Assembly: GCA_963668315.1 (NCBI GenBank) | Contig: OY764216.1 | Span: 1,664,001 to 1,728,000, forward strand | DNA length: 64,000 bases | Source: Spirochaetia bacterium | GTDB lineage: Bacteria; Spirochaetota; Spirochaetia; DSM-2461 | Direction: 5' to 3' | Shown: positions 58,774 to 64,000 of the stretch, piece by piece | Numbering within the stretch: position 1 is the first letter of the stretch | Layout of the letters: each line of letters opens with the position of its first letter | Translations under genes and position numbers: made by a program | The notes under the pieces: generated by a model | The model's database searches: none | Seen by the model: the letters and a program-made list of their open reading frames with translations, nothing else | What the model was told of the DNA's origin: nothing

Positions 58774-60185
58774 TCCTTTCCGGTCAGCCGTGCCAGGCGC
58801 TTAGGATCGATTTCCACGGTCAGGTTCTTTTCCCGGGTGGGGAGAACCGTTCCCTGAGCGGCTCCTTTAGCTCTTCTGAGGTATTTGACTTCCGTATAGT
58901 AGAGGTCCCCCTTTCCCGATCTGGGGGCGCGGCTGTAGTGGAGAGCCAGATTCCCCGCGTCAAGAAGTGTCTCCAGGGGGACGGACTTACCCTTGATCGT
59001 TTTTATAAAAACATAGCCGCCCGGCCAGTCCCGTGAGTGGAACCACAGGTCGTTGCCTCTCACGTGATGGCGAAGAAGCATGTCGTTTTCAGCGGAATTA
59101 CGCCCCACCAGAATGAGAAAGGATCCGGAGTTGAACTGAAGGCCGGGCAGGGGACTGTCGTTTTTGGTCTTCCTTTCCTTTTCCAGGGTAATCAGGGTCT
59201 GGAGCTTCTCCCTGTCCGACAGGAAGGGAAGATCCTCCCGTTCTTTTTCTATGTCCTTGAGGCGGAGAAGAATCTGCTCCTTCTCTTCCCGGGCCAGGCT
59301 TTCCCCCGTTTTGGATTTTTTATACCGCTTGTAATAGCGTTCCCCGTTTTCCACGGGGGACAGTTTCGGGTCCAGCTCCAGTACGGTCTGGATCTCTTCC
59401 CCGTCCTCATCATAGGTCATGATCTCCAACCGGCTGTCGCCCCGCTTGATCAAATAGAGATGGGCCATGATCGCATCGCCCCAGAGTTTATAATTTTCCC
59501 CGTGACCGTAGTCGGCTATCCGATTTTCCAGCTTTTCCAGTCTTCCCTCGAGACGGCGTTTCTCCGCCTTGAGACAGCGTTCGGCCTCTTCCCGCAGACG
59601 GTCAAGATCGGTATCGCTCTCTTTCTCTTCGTAAAAGTTTTCGATCCTGCTGTTGTAAGATCCCTCCCCGGGTAGTTCCCTGGCTAAAAAACGGTCCGTA
59701 TGGAGGGGGGCGGGATCGGAAAGCTCTTCCAGGGGATTATAATATTTTCCGGGAACTTCGCCCCGGTTGGGACGGCGGGAGAAAACATCAACAATTTTAT
59801 GTCCGCCGTCGGTAACCAGAATATTGGCGCTGTTTTCCCACAGCTTTATATACAGACGGCAGTCCTCTCCCCCCCGGTGGATGGTGAACCATACGATTCT
59901 TTCCCGGCCTACCTGTCCGTAGTCTGCCACTTTGCCCCCCTTGAGGCGTGCTTTAAGAAAGGTGGTGAACCGGGGAGGTCGGGGAAGGGCCTTCCGCTTC
60001 TGTTTCGTTGTGTGAATACGCAGGGCCCCCTGCTTCAGGGAAACAAGAAGATTCGTCCCCCCGGAAGGCCCGTAGAATTGAAAGAGGATATGGTGATAGT
60101 CAAATTGCCGGATTTCCTGGAGAAAGGCGTGGGATAGATCCCATTCCGTCATCAGCCGGTCAATCTCTCTCCAGTTTAAGGACAT
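58758..60185 (-). CDS. NFACT / RqcH (FbpA) family ribosome quality-control protein
   Basis: MSLNW.EI start, ERIV, ENGERYYKRYKK, VGRNSAEND, DLWFH.RD.PGGYV. Confidence 0.88.
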   Translation of the reverse strand: MSLNWREIDRLMTEWDLSHAFLQEIRQFDYHHILFQFYGPSGGTNLLVSLKQGALRIHTTKQKRKALPRPPRFTTFLKARLKGGKVADYGQVGRERIVWFTIHRGGEDCRLYIKLWENSANILVTDGGHKIVDVFSRRPNRGEVPGKYYNPLEELSDPAPLHTDRFLARELPGEGSYNSRIENFYEEKESDTDLDRLREEAERCLKAEKRRLEGRLEKLENRIADYGHGENYKLWGDAIMAHLYLIKRGDSRLEIMTYDEDGEEIQTVLELDPKLSPVENGERYYKRYKKSKTGESLAREEKEQILLRLKDIEKEREDLPFLSDREKLQTLITLEKERKTKNDSPLPGLQFNSGSFLILVGRNSAENDMLLRHHVRGNDLWFHSRDWPGGYVFIKTIKGKSVPLETLLDAGNLALHYSRAPRSGKGDLYYTEVKYLRRAKGAAQGTVLPTREKNLTVEIDPKRLARLTGKDQPPV

Positions 60186-61033
60186 TAAACCTCCAGTCCC
60201 GCGGCCACGTCTTTGAAGACTTTAGCCGTTACCGATTCGGGATGGGTCTGGATAAAGACGTCTCCCCGTTCGCAGGCAACCATCAATGCCGGGTCCAGGG
60301 GCACCTCGCCCAGGAACGCCACGTTTTCGTCCTTGGCCATTTTCTGGCCTCCCCCGGTGGAGAAAATATCGGTTCTCGTACCGCATTCGGGACAGACAAA
60401 GCCGCTCATATTTTCTATGACGCCCAGTACGGGCAGCTTGAGTTTCCGGCAGAAGTCTATGCTGCGCCGGCAGTCGGAGAGGGATACTTCCTGGGGAGTG
60501 GTCACGATGACCGCTCCGTCGGCGTCTTCGATAAGCTGGCAGGCCGAGAGGGCCTCGTCTCCGGTTCCGGGAGGGAAGTCGATGATCAGGTAATCCAGTT
60601 CTCCCCACTCCACGTCCTTGAGCAGCTGCTCGAGAACGCCCATCTTCATGGGACCGCGCCATACCACGGCGGCTTTGTCGTCGGGAACGAGAAAACCAAC
60701 GGACATCAGTTTTACCCCGTTGGATTCAATGGGAATGATCGTCTGCTCCGGTGTGCCTTCGGCCCTCATATGCTGAACGGAAAACATGCGGGGAATGGAA
60801 GGACCGTGGAAGTCTATATCCAGAAGACCTACCTTCTTTCCCATTGTTGCGAGGGTTGATGCCAGATTGGCCGATACGGAGCTTTTTCCCACGCCGCCCT
60901 TACCGGACATAACCATTACTTTATGTTTGATATTATTCAGGCGTTCTTTCAGTTGCGCCTTTGCCTGTTTTTCTCTGTCGTCGCAGTTGTCATTGCTGGC
61001 GCAGTTTCCGCAGTTGCCGTCACATTCGCTCAT
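60185..61033 (-). CDS. mrp: Mrp/NBP35 (ApbC) iron-sulfur cluster carrier ATPase
   Basis: SGKGGVGKS, D.DFHGPS, WRGPM, DFPPGTGD, ENMSGFVCPEC; N-terminal Cys cluster. Confidence 0.95.
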   Translation of the reverse strand: MSECDGNCGNCASNDNCDDREKQAKAQLKERLNNIKHKVMVMSGKGGVGKSSVSANLASTLATMGKKVGLLDIDFHGPSIPRMFSVQHMRAEGTPEQTIIPIESNGVKLMSVGFLVPDDKAAVVWRGPMKMGVLEQLLKDVEWGELDYLIIDFPPGTGDEALSACQLIEDADGAVIVTTPQEVSLSDCRRSIDFCRKLKLPVLGVIENMSGFVCPECGTRTDIFSTGGGQKMAKDENVAFLGEVPLDPALMVACERGDVFIQTHPESVTAKVFKDVAAGLEV

Positions 61034-61188
61034 AAGAGCCTCCTATTCATACGTGCCGGCTTTCTGGTTTCTGCTGTCGGCATCGCTTATTCCCTTGATT
61101 TTCCGGGAGTCCGTCGTATAAAATCTGACCGACTCCTAGTAAAAATACTTAAAATAGGAGGTCGAATCAAGTATAAGGGGATTAAAGA

Positions 61189-61647
61189 TTGAAAGCTGTT
61201 GTACAGAGAGTTAGCCGGGCCTCCGTTACGGTTCACAGGGCAGAGGATAGGTCCGTCCGATCCATCGGAGAAGGGCTCATGATTCTACTGGGCGTGGGAC
61301 CGGAGGACGGGGAGGGTGATGCGGACTATCTGGTGAGGAAGATCCTGAATATGAGAATCTTTACCGACGGGGAAGGAAAAATGAATCTTTCCGTTCTGGA
61401 CAGGGGAGGGGAGGTGCTCGTGGTGAGTCAGTTCACCCTCTACGCCGATACGAAGAAAGGAAATCGCCCCTCCTTCAACGGCTCCGCGCCGCCGGCTCAT
61501 GCCATTCCCCTGTACGAATCCTTTGTCGGCAAAACTGAGGCCCTCCTGGGAAAAAAAGTACCTACCGGGGAATTCGGGGCAAAGATGGAAGTGGATCTGG
61601 TTAATGACGGCCCTGTGACAATTCTTATGGACTCCCGGGAGAGATAG
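61189..61647 (+). CDS. dtd: D-aminoacyl-tRNA deacylase
   Basis: VVQRV, VSQFTL, KGNRPSF, FGAKM.V.L.NDGPVT. Confidence 0.97.
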   Translation: MKAVVQRVSRASVTVHRAEDRSVRSIGEGLMILLGVGPEDGEGDADYLVRKILNMRIFTDGEGKMNLSVLDRGGEVLVVSQFTLYADTKKGNRPSFNGSAPPAHAIPLYESFVGKTEALLGKKVPTGEFGAKMEVDLVNDGPVTILMDSRER

Positions 61648-61648
61648 A

Positions 61649-62647
61649 TCAGGTTATCCCGGGGGAGACGGCCCGGATCGATGTCTGGAGCTTCACGGTA
61701 AGGGGAAAATCTTTTCTGTCCCCTCCGATCCTTCTGAGAAGCAGCTGGGCGGCCCGCCGGCCCATCTCGACCATGGGCTGGGCGACGATAACGCTGGAAT
61801 AGGGAAAGAAAGACGCCAGGGGCATGTCGTCAAAGGAGAGAATGTGGAGCCCCTCGTAGAGGGCGGAATTTTCCAGGAGGTAACGGGCGGCGCCCAGGTG
61901 CATGAAGTAGTTGGAAATAAACACGTAGCGGGGGAAATCACTCTGTTCCATGAGCTCCCGCATCAGCCGGTATCCGCTCTCTTCGTGGTAATCTCCGAAC
62001 AGGATATCCTTTTCTCTGGGGACCAGATTTCTCGCTGTCAGGGCGTCCTTATACCCTTCGTATCTTTCCCGCGCGGTGGAGAGATGGATGTCTCCACCGA
62101 TGAATCCGATTCTTTCCGCCCCCTCGTCCAGAGCCAGATTCACCGCTTCATAGGTTCCGCGGTAGGTATCGGCCAGAACGGCGTCATAGGCCGGATCATT
62201 TACGGTTCTATCCACCAGAACGAGGGGAAGCGGATCGGCTGTCCCGAGGTGATCCCCCCTGTCGCTTTCCGGAATGAGAATGATCCCGTCCACCCCCCTG
62301 TCCTTGAGTAGTTCTATCTGCCGGGCCTCCTCCGCTGTACTCTCCCGTGAGCTGCAGAGAATTACCGAATAGCCTTTACTGTTCAGTTCGGCCTCAATTC
62401 CCGTAACGATGTTCATGAAGAATTCATTGCTGAACTCAGGAGCTATCACTCCCGCCGTCAGGCTGCGGCTTGTCTTGAGGCTCTGGGCGACTCTGTTCAT
62501 GCGGTATCCCAGCTCTTCTATGGTGCGGTTGACCAGATCGACCGTTTCCCCTTTGACCCGGCTGTCTCCGTTGAGCACCCGTGAGACGGTCGCCGTGGAA
62601 ACTCCGGCTGTCCGGGCTACATCTTTGACGGTGGCATTCTTTTTCAT
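61649..62647 (-). CDS. LacI-family regulator, divergent from fucI
   Basis: TVKDVARTAGVSTATVSRVLN HTH. Confidence 0.93.
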   Translation of the reverse strand: MKKNATVKDVARTAGVSTATVSRVLNGDSRVKGETVDLVNRTIEELGYRMNRVAQSLKTSRSLTAGVIAPEFSNEFFMNIVTGIEAELNSKGYSVILCSSRESTAEEARQIELLKDRGVDGIILIPESDRGDHLGTADPLPLVLVDRTVNDPAYDAVLADTYRGTYEAVNLALDEGAERIGFIGGDIHLSTARERYEGYKDALTARNLVPREKDILFGDYHEESGYRLMRELMEQSDFPRYVFISNYFMHLGAARYLLENSALYEGLHILSFDDMPLASFFPYSSVIVAQPMVEMGRRAAQLLLRRIGGDRKDFPLTVKLQTSIRAVSPGIT

Positions 62648-62686
62648 AAAACTTTTCCTTGCCAAATAGTTGAAAACATGCAAAAA

Positions 62687-62733
62687 TGTAATCGATTACA
62701 GTGGCTCTTTTGTTAGGATTGTAATCGATTACA
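62687..62733. promoter_or_regulatory. Twin LacI operators TGTAATCGATTACA
   Basis: Two perfect 14-bp palindromes at 62687-62700 and 62720-62733. Confidence 0.85.
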
Positions 62734-62767
62734 TTGAAGTTGTAAAGCTTTTTTCAGGAGTGTTTAT

Positions 62768-64000
62768 ATGGATATCAAGACGGTTAAAGCGGTAAACAGG
62801 CTTAAAGGCGATATGCCCAAGATCGGCATCAGACCCTGTATTGACGGCCGGGAGAGGGGAGTAAGAGATTCTCTGGAGGATCAGACGATGAATATGGCCA
62901 AGGCGGCCGCCGAGCTGATCTCTAAGAATCTCCGCCATCCCAACGGACTTCCCGTTGAGTGCGTCATCGCGGACAGTACCATAGGGCGGGTAGCCGAAGC
63001 GGCGGCCTGCGCCGAGAAATTCGCCCGGGAAGGGGTGGGTGTATCCCTGACCGTCTCTCCCTGCTGGTGCTACGGCAGCGAAGTGATGGATCAGGATCCC
63101 CTTATTCCCAAAGCCGTCTGGGGTTTTAACGGAACGGAGAGACCGGGCGCCGTTTTTCTGGCCGCCGTTCTGGCCGCCCACAGTCAGAAAGGGCTTCCCG
63201 CCTTCGGCATCTACGGACGGGATGTGCAGGATTCTACGGACACAACCATTCCCGAAGACGTAAAGGAGAAGATTCTCCGCTTTGCCAAGGCCGGACTGGC
63301 CGTTGCCTACATGAAAGGGAAATCCTATCTCTCCATCGGCGGATGCTCCATGGGAATCGCCGGTTCCATCGTTAATCAGGACTTCCTCCAGGAGTACCTG
63401 GGCATGAGAACGGAAGTTGTGGATATGACCGAGATCCATAGGCGTATTTCGGTCGGTATATATGATCAGGAAGAGTTTAGAATGGCCCGGGAGTGGGTCA
63501 GAACCTGGTGCAAGGAGCAGGAGGACACGGTTAACGCCCCCGAATACCGCCGCTCCGCTGAGCAGAGGGAAGCCGACTGGGATTACGTCGTGAAGATGGT
63601 GATGATCGGCCGGGACCTCATGATCGGAAATCCCAAACTCAAGGAGATGGGATTCGGCGAAGAAGCACTCGGGCATAATGCCATCGCTTCCGGTTTTCAG
63701 GGCCAGAGACAGTGGACCGATTTCTACCCCAACGGGGATTTCATGGAGACCATACTTAACAGTTCTTTTGACTGGAACGGTATCAGGGAGGCCTATGTCA
63801 TGGCCACCGAGAATGACCATTTGAACGGGATCACCATGCTTTTCGGCCACCTCCTGACCGACACGGCCCAGATCTTCAGCGATGTCAGAACCTACTGGAG
63901 CCCCGAAGCCATTGAGAAAGTCACCGGATGGAAACCTGAGGGCCTCGCCAAAGATGGCTTTATCCACCTCATCAACTCCGGATCCACCACTCTGGACGGA
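62768..64000 (+). CDS. fucI: L-fucose/D-arabinose isomerase (runs off the window end)
   Basis: Manual translation: [28 protein letters not shown]...PCWCYGSE...[15 protein letters not shown]...[10 protein letters not shown]...ATENDHLNG; absent from the ORF track because no stop lies in the window. Confidence 0.95.
   Translation, partial: MDIKTVKAVNRLKGDMPKIGIRPCIDGRERGVRDSLEDQTMNMAKAAAELISKNLRHPNGLPVECVIADSTIGRVAEAAACAEKFAREGVGVSLTVSPCWCYGSEVMDQDPLIPKAVWGFNGTERPGAVFLAAVLAAHSQKGLPAFGIYGRDVQDSTDTTIPEDVKEKILRFAKAGLAVAYMKGKSYLSIGGCSMGIAGSIVNQDFLQEYLGMRTEVVDMTEIHRRISVGIYDQEEFRMAREWVRTWCKEQEDTVNAPEYRRSAEQREADWDYVVKMVMIGRDLMIGNPKLKEMGFGEEALGHNAIASGFQGQRQWTDFYPNGDFMETILNSSFDWNGIREAYVMATENDHLNGITMLFGHLLTDTAQIFSDVRTYWSPEAIEKVTGWKPEGLAKDGFIHLINSGSTTLDG

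Noticed and set aside
62729..63967. 412-aa minus-strand ORF
   Set aside because: Antisense to fucI, which is the real gene on the plus strand.
1..64000. CRISPR arrays, rRNA, IS transposases, prophage genes
   Set aside because: No regularly spaced repeats or such genes were seen.

Overview
64 kb of mostly chromosomal backbone from a moderately GC-rich bacterium, most likely a free-living, saccharolytic spirochaete (inferred from the gene families present, not proven). Housekeeping genes: tRNA-Leu(GAG), hisD, a short purH-like AICAR transformylase, leuS, hrpB, sbcB, NFACT/rqcH, mrp/apbC, dtd. Sugar catabolism: xylAB with an AraC regulator, a PfkB kinase with LacI, two tandem FGGY ribulokinase-type genes, and fucI with LacI. 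Also present are modABC, three diguanylate cyclases, an MCP, transporters and lipoproteins. The left ~7 kb, downstream of the tRNA 3' end, has AT-rich patches and att-like repeats that suggest eroded island material. I saw no CRISPR array, rRNA, transposase or integrase. Main observations: (1) a tandem-repeat, switch-like 5' leader behind a sigma-54 promoter in front of modABC that does not resemble the canonical Moco riboswitch; (2) a full-length IgaA/UmoB-like membrane protein with no Rcs genes nearby; (3) an sbcB-thpR operon ending in an internally deleted WYL/YafY regulator; (4) a stand-alone ~190-nt transcription unit (sRNA or 29-aa peptide); (5) a sigma-54/PspF-like promoter on a DUF1707-LiaF gene; (6) operators shared between distant sugar loci. 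All family calls come from motif recognition by eye; no searches were run.
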